Source: Camelus dromedarius
Lineage: Eukaryota
DNA: 64,000 bases
NCBI RefSeq assembly: GCF_036321535.1
Contig: NC_087437.1
Coordinates: 119,042,001 to 119,106,000, forward strand
Direction of reading: 5' to 3'
In this document: positions 52,299-64,000 of the stretch, piece by piece
Layout: each line of letters opens with the position of its first letter
How positions within the stretch are numbered: the first letter of the stretch is position 1
Notes under the pieces: generated by a model
What the model saw: only the letters and a program-made list of their open reading frames with translations
What the model was told of the DNA's origin: nothing
The model's database searches: none
Program-made: the position numbers and the translations under genes

Positions 52299-54423
52299 CT
52301 GCAAAGGGAAGGCGCACAAGTCAGGGCAGCTCCGCGGGGCTGGAGGCCGGATTTCTTATCTTCGGGAGGAAGCGCCGACTGTGGGAAAGTGTGGGGCGCA
52401 CCACATGCTCCGTCTTCACCGGCACCCGCCGCGGAGACGCCGCATTTCCTTTCAAAGCACGGGGCTTTCTTTAATCCTTCCCCTCGCGGGGCACGTCTAT
52501 CCTCTGTTCCCCAGGTTCTAGAAACTGTGATGGGCCACACGGAGTCACGGCCTCGTATCACAGGGCAGACCTCTCTGGGCGTCGAACTCAGAGGAAAACC
52601 AAGCGCAAAGGAGAAAACTACCTAACGAGACAGGTGGCAAAGAAGCCCTGCCCTGCCACCCCCGCCATTTTTTTCTTAGTGTTTAAATGTATTTTAATAA
52701 GTTGATGTTGCATTACTTCCCCATTTCTCAGAAAAACTCCCAAGGCATCAGGGCCGAATCAAACGCGATACACCAGCAAAAAACACACAGCACAACCAAA
52801 GGGAGTGGCACTTACAAACCGTGGCGTCACACCCCCAGCCCCCAAGTGGCCTGATCTCCCTGCAATGGCGAAAAAGTCTTCCTCAGTTCCTACCCCGAAG
52901 CACAGGGCTCCCGCTGGGCTCCGCAGGGAGCCGGCCCCAGGGACGGTGCGAGACTCCCGGCCTCTTCAGGTCTGGGGTGTGCAGACGGGGGTCTTCCCCC
53001 CTGCAATTCACTACGTGGGCCCCACCTGTCCTCCTTTCCAACCCCTGCATGAGCATGCGTGGACCCCTCATCACAGTCATGGTTACAGAACGAGGGGCCC
53101 AAGGTGACCCTCAGTGGACAGACCTCGCTCAGCCTAAAGCCACGCCGCCCACCAAGCTGGACTGTGGCTTCTGTTCCCAACACGCCCACGGCCGGGGACT
53201 CCCAAGAGGCAGCAGACGCCAGTCAGCAGGGGTGGAAAATTGGCCCAAAGTTCACGGACGGCTGCCAAGATTCTATTCCGATGTTCTGTTCCACTTTCCC
53301 GTTAAATCTTGTGCAATAATTACCTATACATGGTTTCCACCACAACTCAAGACTTCCAACGGGTCCTCTGAATAAGTGAAAGGACCCGAGGCACCTGGCA
53401 GCGTCTGCTGGCAAACACGGGCGGGAGAGACTCACGAGCTGCTTCCTTGAGCCTTGGCCACCCCGCCTGCCAAGCTGATAAGGCACGGGAGCCTCGGCTC
53501 CCCAGGCTCCCATCCTGAGCCCGACTGCGGCGCTGAAACCCTCAGAGAGCGGCTGCAGGCTGGCCCACCCGCCACGGCGCTAGCGAGTCCAGACCACGGA
53601 CCTCCGCAGAGGCGGCGGCAGGACAAACCCCGCACTGGCTCCTGCTCTGCACCGGGGCCAGCAGCCCTGGGGCCACACACTGACTCTGACTGGCATTTTC
53701 AGACATTTCTGGTCCAACCAGAAACTAGTGAGTAGCTCAGAAATGCCTGTAGAAGAAATGGAAATCTTTCTATAATGAGGAGAAAAAGTACTTAACTTTT
53801 CCAATCAACCAAGTCAAGGGACTGAAACTTGGGAGGACAGAAATCAGAACGGTGCTTGCCTGGCCGAGGGGAGGAAACTCCTCTGTCAACACCCACCCCA
53901 CGATTCTGGACACCGGCTGCCTGACACGTGAGTGGGCTTCACCCAACTGACCCATCCACTTAAAAACAGTTAAGACAGTAATTTGTATATTCTACGTACT
54001 GTACAATTAAAGATGAGAAAATTAAAAAAAAAAATTCCTGGACACAGACAAAATCACGTTACGTGTATTATATCGCACACACAGAACAGAGCTGGCTGAT
54101 ACCTAACACGGTCCCTGAACAGACCCCATCAGGTCCGTGCCTTTTCCTGCATGTGAAATGCACCATGAGGGTGCTTTGCTGGCACCTAGAAAAGCCTGTG
54201 ATGAGGTGGGTCCTGGCTCTCCATGCAGACCTGCTGGGTGGGGCAGAGGAGCCTGCATCCTGCAGGATGGCCCGCTGGCTCCCCGGCAGAGAGCAGCTCC
54301 CACCGTGGGGCTGTGGTGTGCAGGCACCTCTCACACAGAGAAAGGACCACAAATCACGCCCCCCACTGCTCTGGGAGAGACGGGTGCACCCTGCCACCCT
54401 CCACCCCAGACACGTCCACTCAC

Positions 54424-54473
54424 CTGCAAACGGTTTCTTCTGCGTCAGCACACCCCAGATCACGATGGCAAAG
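54424..54473 (-). CDS. RIPK4: RIPK4 exon 4
   Basis: ttccag|CTTTGCC ... TTTGCAG|gtgagt; 50 bp; (S)FAIVIWGVLTQKKPFA; phase matches neighbouring exons. Confidence 0.97.
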
Positions 54474-55816
54474 CTGGAAGGAAACAGGCATGTCAGGGTC
54501 AGGTCCTCAAATGAAGTCAGAGGCTTCCGCACACAGCAACAAGCATGAGGAAAACCACCCCAGAGACTTCGAGAAGGTGAGGGGACACCACGATTCTTTC
54601 TGTGAACTTTTTTAAACAGGCAAATACTCATACCGTGGAACAAGGCATGGTGAAATCTTGGATGTCAAAGGACAGACAAAACCCCACCCAGAGAGCTGTC
54701 GGTCCGAGCAGCAGGAAGGGACCCTGAGAAGAAAGCCGCCCCGTCCCTGGACCACCAGCTCAGGGGGAGAATGGCCGTGTCGGCCTCATTTGCACCATCT
54801 TCTCGCAAACACTGGGCATCAGAATGCTGACTGCAGCTCTGGGCGTCTCATATAACCTGCCCAATAAGATGCCATCCGAGGACCGTTGATCAAAGTGCGT
54901 GGAAGAGAGCAGGGGTGGCCAGCTGGGCTTCCCAGAGCCCTTTTTGGTTGCTGGAAATTAGACTTGCATGTAATATGTAAAACGACCCTGGGTACACCCA
55001 GAAAGAGCTCAATCTGGAAGTTTTTATAAAAAACAAAACCAGAAGTCCAAACACTGAGCTACCAGCCTGTACAGGGTTGAGAGCAGCTGTTTATGAAGAG
55101 GAGAGAATTCCCCACTGAAGGTTCACTGAAATCTGCAACTTCTAAAGTTGAAATTCTCAACTCTGAAATAAACAGAGACCTTCGTCCTTCCCACACCCCA
55201 CAAGCTAAGACCAGCACCCAGTGCACTGCTTGCCAGCAGACGTACAGCTCAGGACTTAGCTATGCACACGCACAGCATTTGTGCTCAAACCAGTCGGCCA
55301 GGACTCTGGGGTGGCGGTGACACAAAGGCAGAGCTTAGGGTGACAGTCACCCAGGTGGGACAAGAACCCCGACGAGGGTCTTAACTGCGTGCTCGCACCC
55401 GCCCTCCCGCGTTTCTTCTCCATGAAGGTGGAGGGATTAAGACTTTTGCAGTTTGGGGAAGGAAGGCACCAGTGATTCATGAGTGTTCACCAGCACAGAG
55501 ATCCCCGACACTAGTAAGTGAATGGCCTCTAGCTTGTCTGCGCTGTCCCAGGCAAGTGACCTTAGGAAGTGTCAGTTCTGGGCCAGAGAGGACTGGACTT
55601 GGAAGCCCGACTCCACACGCAGACAGACACACAGACCACTTAAAGCAGCCATTCTTCCAGGAGCTGAGCTACAAAGTCCATGTTTCCTGAAAACACCGAA
55701 GCTTTCGCAGCACAGGAGCTGCCCACCTGGTGGCGGGCCTGGCTCTAACCGCACCAACCATTAACATTCTCCACGCGAGGCCCGATGCGCCTACAGCAGA
55801 GGACTTTCTCTTGTCA

Positions 55817-56389
<573 letters not shown>

Positions 56390-59300
56390 TTAAAGGAGTT
56401 CACCGGGAGAGGGAACTCATGAATTACAACCTTACATCTGTCTGTCGGGCATTACGTCTGCCCTGGCGGCTGGCTGCCCGAGTCACACAAAGGCAGGAAG
56501 CAAGCCTTGGAGTTTTCAGGTGTTCAGACAAACCAGTTGTGCAGTCCCGCAGCTGGGGAGAAGGCAGGTGGCAGCATGTTCTTTAAAGGGAAATGTGCCT
56601 TCAGAAGCCCTTTAAAGTGAGCAAAACACACTGACAACCTCGGTGGGTCCTTCTGTCCTCCACCTGGAACATCATGCAAACAGACACTTGCTGGCTCCGA
56701 ACCCACAGCAGCCAAACAACAGGTCTGACACATCTCTTCCATGGCACCTGCACCCCCCAGCTCGGGCCCCCCACACCTCCGCCTCCTTGTCTCCTTAGGC
56801 CAAGGTGTTCTGAAGGCTCAGGGAAACCCACGACAGGGACGTCAGGCTGTCACAGCCCCCAACCCCCCAGCTCCCCACCTCCGGGGGTAAACCAGAGCCC
56901 TTGGAGGCAGTGAGGCCATGTGTGGGATTAGGCCACACTCATGGGCATTAAGGGGCTCAGGATCCACGTGGAAAACGGCCTCTTTATAAATTTTCCTGCA
57001 AGGCTTGTGGATCTTTCTAAGCCTTCTAATTAACTCTGGGATCCTCCTAGGACACACCTCTGGAGTGATCGGAAATGCGGCTGAGTCAGGCCTTTAATTC
57101 CAGGCACACCTGCCTACCAGGTGAGCCCAAGGCCTGGCATCATCACCACCAAACACGGAGAATCTATGACTGGGGGTTCGGTCCTTCAAGAGGTGTCTGA
57201 CCACATCTGTGGGGGGCGGGGTGGCAGGGAAGAAAGCCTGCCAGACAGGACCTGGACCCCATTTCGCAGCCAGCATGAGAGTGGGCCCACGAGACTGAGG
57301 CAGCCTGGCCGCTTCTGGGCCCCCGGCAGCTGTCTTTTCTCAGGTCTTTGAGAAGCTTTCCATTCCAGGAAGGGAAGTGCCAGTTCTCCAAACAAGCCCA
57401 TCACCCTGACCCTACGGCTCGGGGACGGGGACAGAGCAACATGAGATAATGCTTGAAACAGGCTGATGAGCGGGAAAGTTTCAGAACCAAACTCCTGGCA
57501 GCGTGACCCGTTTAAATTCACAAATGAGGATAGCCTGGGACGCAGGGATCTTGGCACTGCTGCAGACTCCCCTCTCTGGAGTGGCAGCCTTTTTTTTTTT
57601 ATTTCTCTCATTTTCACATACAGCCAGCTGCTTCAGGATACACTTGGTGAAAAGAAAATGAGCATAAATTCTATGCAAAAGCTCTGGCATCAAAATGCAA
57701 GCTCAGAAATCAGGGCTCTCTGATGGCCACCAACCCTCCGGCCTACAGGGTTTCTCCACCTGCCCTTCCTCACCCGTCCTGCCCAGAGGGCCTGCCTTGT
57801 GTGCCCCGGGGTTCTGGACAGTGGGACACTGTGGGACACTGTGGCAGTCCCTGTGAACAGCGCACGCCTATAATTTACAAACAAGTTCTCTAAACAGAGC
57901 ATCTGCCCTGGTGCCCAGAGCCAGTGCTCACAGGGGCCCCAAGACACAGCCCTTCCTTCCCGCTCCAGGCCCAGCCGGATGACACCAATTAAGGGCCCGG
58001 GCAGGGCAGGGCCGCCTTGGCGAGAAAGGCCATTCTGGACCACTGAGAACAGGACCCCTGCTGTTCTTTGGAGAACAGTCTGGTGCGGCCGAACTGGGCC
58101 ACAAAAGCAGCTTGAGATTTTAAATCCAGTTACTTCATTATCAATTCAAAAAGGGTTTACTACTGATACAAAAATTAATATTTTAACAGTGACATTTCGT
58201 ATACTTACTATCAAATATTAATTTCATATTAAGTGCTTTTAATATATTTTGCAAATAGGTGGTTGCTGTGAAATTTTCAGTTCCAATCATCCTACCTAAG
58301 AACAAAAACTCATCTTGAGGGACCAGGGGAAAGGGTCGTGGAGTGACAACTTTTTATCTTATTTCAAGATTCCAGATTATAAGTTTTATTGCTTCAAATA
58401 ACTGCTAACTAAAAACTGCCCAGAAACTCAAAGATTCCCACCGGCCTCTGCAGCCAATGAGTGGCTCCTGAGGATCAAACACGTCATGGAAACACATTTT
58501 CTGTTTGAGGGGGATGTGCGTGTGACTGACTCGTCACGGAAAAGTGCACTCCAGCCTCTCAGGGCTCTCAGGAACCTGGGGCCAGTGCCGGGTGCCACCC
58601 CCTCAAAGCTACAGTGTCACCCCCTCCCCGTCAGTGGAGACTGTTCCTGGCTACCCCAGGTCCTTTAAGGAATCTTCACCCACTTCCTGAAACTGCCACA
58701 AAGCGTCAGGCCTGCCACGCCGGGTGCCAACACGCGGAGGAAGGAGAAAGCACTCAAGCCGAGGGACCTCAAGAGCCCGCGCAGAGGCGGCCCCCGCAGG
58801 GAGCAGCCCGGTGCCCGGCAAGCAGCACGCGCCTCCCTGCTGTGCGCCAGCCCTGGGCGAGGGTCCACGTCCTGGTGTGGGCGACAGGACCGTGACAGGC
58901 CACAAAATATCCCCGGCCCCAGCCCTCACCAAGCACTGCCACGTGCCAGGCATGGAGGCCCCCAGCACCAGGGCCACCCCCCTGCCCACCAGGGCCACGG
59001 CAGGGCTGTGCTCCAGGGAAGGATGCTGGAAGGAAGAGGCACTGCGGTCCTCTGAGGGACAGACTCGTGCTCCAGACATCCCACGTGACTGTCAGGAGAG
59101 TGGCAGGGACAGTGGAAAGGGAATGAGTTGAAATAAAAGCCCAGCCAGGCCAACGACAGTCGGTGACTCTGAAAAGACAGCTCAGAGAGATGGGGCTATG
59201 GACACACCTGTCCGAGCACCTGATGCGATCAGCAGCAGCCTCTGAGACAGGTGCGTTCCAGTGCAACGGTGGAGCCAGCACCCCACCAGAAGGAGACAGG

Positions 59301-60507
59301 ATTCTGGGCATGCTAGAACTCGGGCGGACTGGGAACCACCAATTTGATGCTTTTTTCTTAATTCCCTGCTTCACTTTAGTGGACGGCACTCCCAGCTCCT
59401 GGGTAAAATCTTATTAGTGAGCGACACCTCCTGAAGGACACCTTGTAATTAGTGTCCGACGTGAAACCTGACTTCCCCACCGGCCAGAGCGCTGTGCCTG
59501 GCAAAGTCAGGGTGCAGGAAACAGCCATGTGCGTGCTGTCGTCCCAGCTCCCCCTCCACGGGGGAGGATGCTGAGGGGCAGGGCCAGACGGAGTTCAGGT
59601 CCCCCTCCTCCTGAGGCCCACAGGGGGGCCTGCAGTGCTGTGCAGCCTAGAACAGCACAGCCCATCCCACGCCGTGAGCCAGAGCGGACCTGGGCCACGG
59701 TGAGCGGGCCCTTCCCATCTATTCGCTGTCCTGAGGGATGGGCGACCTCGGCCGGTGGACCAGCCTAGAACCCGGGCCTCCCAAGCATGTGAACATCACC
59801 ACGTAGGAAAATCCACGGCACATGCTGCCCACGACAAGGACACGACAGCCTCCAAGGGAGAGACATCTTCAAAGAAACACGAACCTGGTAACGTTAACAA
59901 GGGCCAACTCCGGGAGCCGGTCCCTGGGTTTTGGTTACAATATCCCCCATACTTTTCTACTTTATAAACTTATCCAACAGGAAGAACAGAGTTCACAGGC
60001 TCTGCATGAAGAGAACAGAAGGACCCCTTCAGAGTCTCTCTCCATGACACCCTGCAGCCTGTTTCAGAGCACCCCGATATTCCTGCCACCCCGACCCCAG
60101 GAACCACGGTGGGGAAACACAGCCCCGACCCGGTGCCACACAGAGACAGCCCACGCAGTCTGCTTTCTAACCTGATTCCGTAGGACAGCCACTAAGGCTA
60201 GAATCCACACACCCACAACCTCCTTTTCCAGGGCACCCAGCACCGAGAGTCCTGCTGCAGGACTTGGGGGAGCAACCCATGTTCCTAAGAGTCCATTTGC
60301 CAGCTACCCACTTTGTGGTGTCTATATCAACCTTGGCAAGGCTGGGGGTTCCGGGAGTCCTCATGCAGAGGCCTCTGCTTCCAGCTCTTTCCCACAAGCA
60401 GACCTGCGCCCCCTTCCACCCTCGCGCTGACCTTGAGTTTCCACCACCTCCCCTGTACCTGCCGCCTGCCCTCAGAGCATCCCCACCCAGTCCCGGTACG
60501 CGCCTAC

Positions 60508-60799
60508 CTTGACGTGGTAGTGGGCGTCCAGCAGGATGTTTGCAGGCTTGAGGTCCAGGTGGAGGAGGGGCGGGGACATGCAGTGCAGAAAGTTCATGCC
60601 CACCGCGGTCTCGTGGATGATACGGAAGCGCAGGTCCCACGGCAGCGGCTCTGAGGCCAGCAGCTTCTCCAGGGAGCCTGTCTCCATGTACTCCATGACC
60701 AGGCCCACGGGCTCGCGGCAAATGCCGTACACCGGCAGGATGTAGCGAAACTTGGCCATCTCCATCTTCTTGGCTTCTTCCAAAAGTTCCATGCGCTCC
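60508..60799 (-). CDS. RIPK4: RIPK4 exon 2 (kinase domain: alphaC helix to catalytic loop)
   Basis: Acceptor ttttccag|GGAGCGCATG, donor GTCAAG|gtaggc; 292 bp. Encodes [47 protein letters not shown]...[20 protein letters not shown], recognisable as the RIPK4 kinase domain. Confidence 0.98.
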
Positions 60800-61344
60800 C
60801 TGGAAAAGGTAAAGGTGTCAGGAACCTGCAGTGGTCACCCAGCCACTGACACGAGGCGCCGTGGCTAAGAGACAACCAGCTGCACTCGGCTGAGAAAGTT
60901 ACTAAAATGCAGGTACAGGTACGTACAAGTGCAGGTGAGCGCGAACACACACGGAGCTCAATTTAACGTCGCGTAGTTAAATCCTGGGCCTTCCCACGTC
61001 TTCAGTCCCACAGCCATTCAAACACACGTAGGCATCGCGGGGTTATTATAAGTGAGGAGGAGAGAGATTCCAATTATTATCTGAAAAGCCTCAGGGAGCA
61101 CTGAGCCCGTGCGGGCTCCGGCCTCAGATGAGGGGGCTGACGCCAGCAAGCCCTTCTCTTGGGATGAGGGAAGAGAAGACAGGTTTGTCTAAAAGCTGTA
61201 ACGAAGTTTCCATCCAGAGAACGCCGCCGCCTTCTCTGCAAAGCCCATCCCAGCCCAGGCCTTCCTGACTCCAAGCCCGCACGGGAATGAACGGAGCCCT
61301 GGTCTAAAGCAGGGTCTGCAGGGCGCTGCCCAAAGCCTCCTTTG

Positions 61345-62035
61345 TTAAAAAGCCAAATTAACTGGTAGTAAAATAGACGTAACACACCATTTACCATCTT
61401 AATCATTCGTAAGTGCAGTTCACAGGCTGCACATCCCCATACTCACAATGTTGCGCAACCATCATCTCTCTACACCCAAAGCTTTCTCATCATCCCCAGG
61501 AAAGCTCCGCACCCGCCCAGCGGTACCACCCCCCGCCCCTCCTAACCTCTTTTCCACTTTCCGCCTCTATGGATTTGCCTGCCTGGGAGACCTCAGGCAA
61601 GGGGAATCGTGCACCTTTGTCCTTTACTAACTGGCTTATTTCACTCATCATTATGTTTTCAAGGTCCACCCGTTTTGGAGCACAGATCAAAACCTGACTT
61701 TCCTCTTAAAAAAATTTTTGGTGGGGGGAGGAAATTCAGTTTATTTATTTAATGGAGGTCCTGAGGATTGAACCCAGGACCGCGTGCATGCTAAGTAAGC
61801 ACTACCACTGAGCTCTCCCTTTCCCCCTAAACCTCACTCTTTCTATGGCTGAATCATACTCCATTGTTTGAACACACCACGTTGTGTTTACCCACTCACC
61901 TGCGGGTGGCACTTGGGCTGTTTCCACTTCTGGCTACTGTGACTAATGCTGTTGTACATCTGGACACTCAGGTGCTCAAACATGTGTTCAAGCCCCTGCT
62001 TTCAGTTCTTTGGGAGACACTCCTAGGGGCAGAGC
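61345..62035 (-). mobile_element. L1MB-like 3' fragment in RIPK4 intron 1
   Basis: tttaccatcttaatcattcgtaagtgcagttca...cacaatgttgcgcaaccatca...tggctgaatcatactccattgt...gtttccacttctggctactgtgactaatgctg. Confidence 0.85.
61707..61827 (-). mobile_element. tRNA-derived SINE (Vic-1-like) nested in L1
   Basis: tttatttatttaatggaggtcctgaggattgaacccaggaccgcgtgcatgctaag...ctaccactgagct. Imperfect TSD aaacctgact / aaacctcact. Confidence 0.88.
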
Positions 62036-62968
62036 GGCCTTGTCCTGTGGAACCTCATGTGTCTTGGAAAGAAACTGACCAGAAGGCAGTCTCGCCCACC
62101 CACGTCCGGATGGGCTGGGCTTCTGCTCTCGAGGCCGAGACGTGCAGCTGTAACAGAGCCTGCAGCCTGCAGGGCCTGAGGGATTTCCTCTCTGCCCTTC
62201 ACAGAAAGTGTGCCAACCCCGGTCTGAGGCCACTTCCTGGTGCAGCCCATCGCTTCACGGACTAGAACCCAGGGCCTCGGTCAGTGTCATCATGACCGGT
62301 CAAAGTCTGAGTGCATTTAGGAAAAGAAGCCGAATCCCACAGGACAGGGCCTGACCTGCGCTCAAGCACCAGAGAGAGCACGCGGGAGCTGGCTGAAATG
62401 CAGATTCCCGGCCCGGCTCCTGGAGAACGGGCTCTGGGTGGGTGCTGCGAACCTGCTTTCTTGTAAGCTCCTAAAGAACAGTCTAGAACCACACAGCTGT
62501 TGGAGCTGTGAATTGAGGCAGGCAGCAGCTGGAGCGGCCTCAGGGACCCCCAAAATGCAGATTCCCACACAAGCCATCCCGCCCATAACCCACCAAGGGG
62601 CCCAAGGCTCTTCCAGAACTTGGGTGCACCTGCCCGCCCCACCTGCACTTGCATCAATCTGAAACTACCAAGAAAACAAGCCTGTTTCTTATGGATCTGA
62701 ACTCCTGGGACCACAACATGCTCCAAGGCTGCCCTTAAAGCTACAAAAGCATCTCCTCGGGAGGAGGTCGGCAGCAAGGGGAGCCGCACCACACTGTCCA
62801 CCAAAGTCCACGGCAGACGGCACCCAACTCTGTCTGCGCGGGCTCTCGCTGGGAAAACTCCCACAGGGCCACCTCGGCCTGCCCACCCGGCCCCTGCACC
62901 TGGGCCGGGAGCCCCAGGGGAGCCCTTGTTGAGGTGGGTGTCTCACGAGAAGATCCCTGGGTATAGAC

Positions 62969-63184
62969 TAGTGGTTCTCACCTAGGGGCAGCTTGGCCCC
63001 GAGGGGACATGGGGCACTGCCTGGAGACACTGTGGTTGTCACACCTGGGGGCTGCTCACCGCATCCACTGGGTAGAGGCCAGGAGTGCTGCTCGACCCCC
63101 AGCACAGCAGTGCACAGGACAGTCCCCAAGGCAAGGAACTAAACGGCCCCCTATGCCAAGAGTGCCAACCGCGACATCCCCTGG
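62969..63184 (+). mobile_element. MER20 (hAT-Charlie MITE)
   Basis: agtggttctcacctagggg...tggagacactgtggttgtcaca...gcatccactgggtagaggccagg...cagtgcacaggacagtcccc. Confidence 0.85.
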
Positions 63185-64000
63185 TACAGAGCTAACGCAT
63201 TCTCAGCCCAATTTAAAACCAACCACAACAGACTGGAACCGCCCACTTAAGTGCTCCCAGCATTTATTTTCATTTTGATCTGCATCTGATTAAAATTCAC
63301 TTATTGACAGTTATTTACTGAGCATCCGCTAGACGTCAGAACCAATGAGAAAAGAGACCCCTTCCCCACTTCCGTGACGTTTACCTTCTAGGGCAGAAGA
63401 CGGAAAATTACACACAAAAGTGTAGTTGAAGATCTGAGTACTTTTAAGCAGAGGCGGGGCCAGGGGAAGTTTAATGAAGGGTCCCTAACTCAAGTGGGCC
63501 AAGGGCAGCAGACAGGGCTCACGAGGAGGTCAGAGCCCCACTCCCGCACGGGAGCCCAGGCCAGGGGCCACTCACGGCCATGATGCACTCAGGGTGGTCC
63601 CCAGGGCCCTGTTGCCCGAGGTGGGGAGGGAGGAAGCCGGACACAGGGCACAACTGTGGGGGCAGAACCATGAAGGCTGGTGATCGACTGGGCTGAGAAG
63701 AGAGGGGTAGCAAAGGTGAGCCCAGATCTCTACTGGGAGTCCCGGGGCAGGGAGGCGGGGGGGGGGGGTTCCCATTTATGGAAGCAGCAGGAGGGATTGT
63801 GGGGTGGGGGACAAGAGTGGTTCTAAACAGGCTCAAGGAGCAAAAGAATCCCACTGGGGTCGGGAACGAGTGAGACAGGTCTCAGGAGTGAATCCTGACA
63901 TTACTGAAAATAAAGCTGAGCTGAGCATACTTGCTTTCTTAGCACTCAGTGGAAAGTAAGATGCTCACAAGAGCCCCTGGGGTTCCCCGGGCCTAAGGGC

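Noticed and set aside
60800..64000. RIPK4 exon 1 or promoter
   Set aside because: No Gly-rich loop or lysine-containing subdomain II coding sequence and no promoter CpG island here. This is intron 1, and exon 1 lies outside the window.

Overview
GC-rich mammalian genomic DNA. It is most likely a camelid, judged from several short tRNA-derived SINEs of the Vic-1 type and artiodactyl-type L1 3' ends. The one supportable protein-coding gene is RIPK4 on the minus strand. Exons 2-8 lie at 60799..46792, all with GT-AG junctions and compatible phases, followed by a ~1.27 kb 3' UTR with AATAAA at 45533-45538. Exon 1 and the promoter lie beyond the right edge. The left ~45 kb is intergenic, with L1 fragments, ERV1-type solo LTRs, MaLR/ERVL LTRs, SINEs, MITEs, and a 2 kb compound (CA)n/GTCAG-GATCAG repeat expanded inside an LTR. 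Nearly all other ORFs in the track are artefacts of GC content, antisense shadows or repeats. I found no convincing new multi-gene system. The best second-look items are the LTR-born minisatellite, a small two-template insertion apparently copied from neighbouring repeats, a stop codon blocking the long human-type RIPK4 isoform, a diverged MIR6814-like intron end, and a possible env relic. Repeat family names and comparisons with human sequences come from recall, not database searches, and repeat boundaries are approximate.
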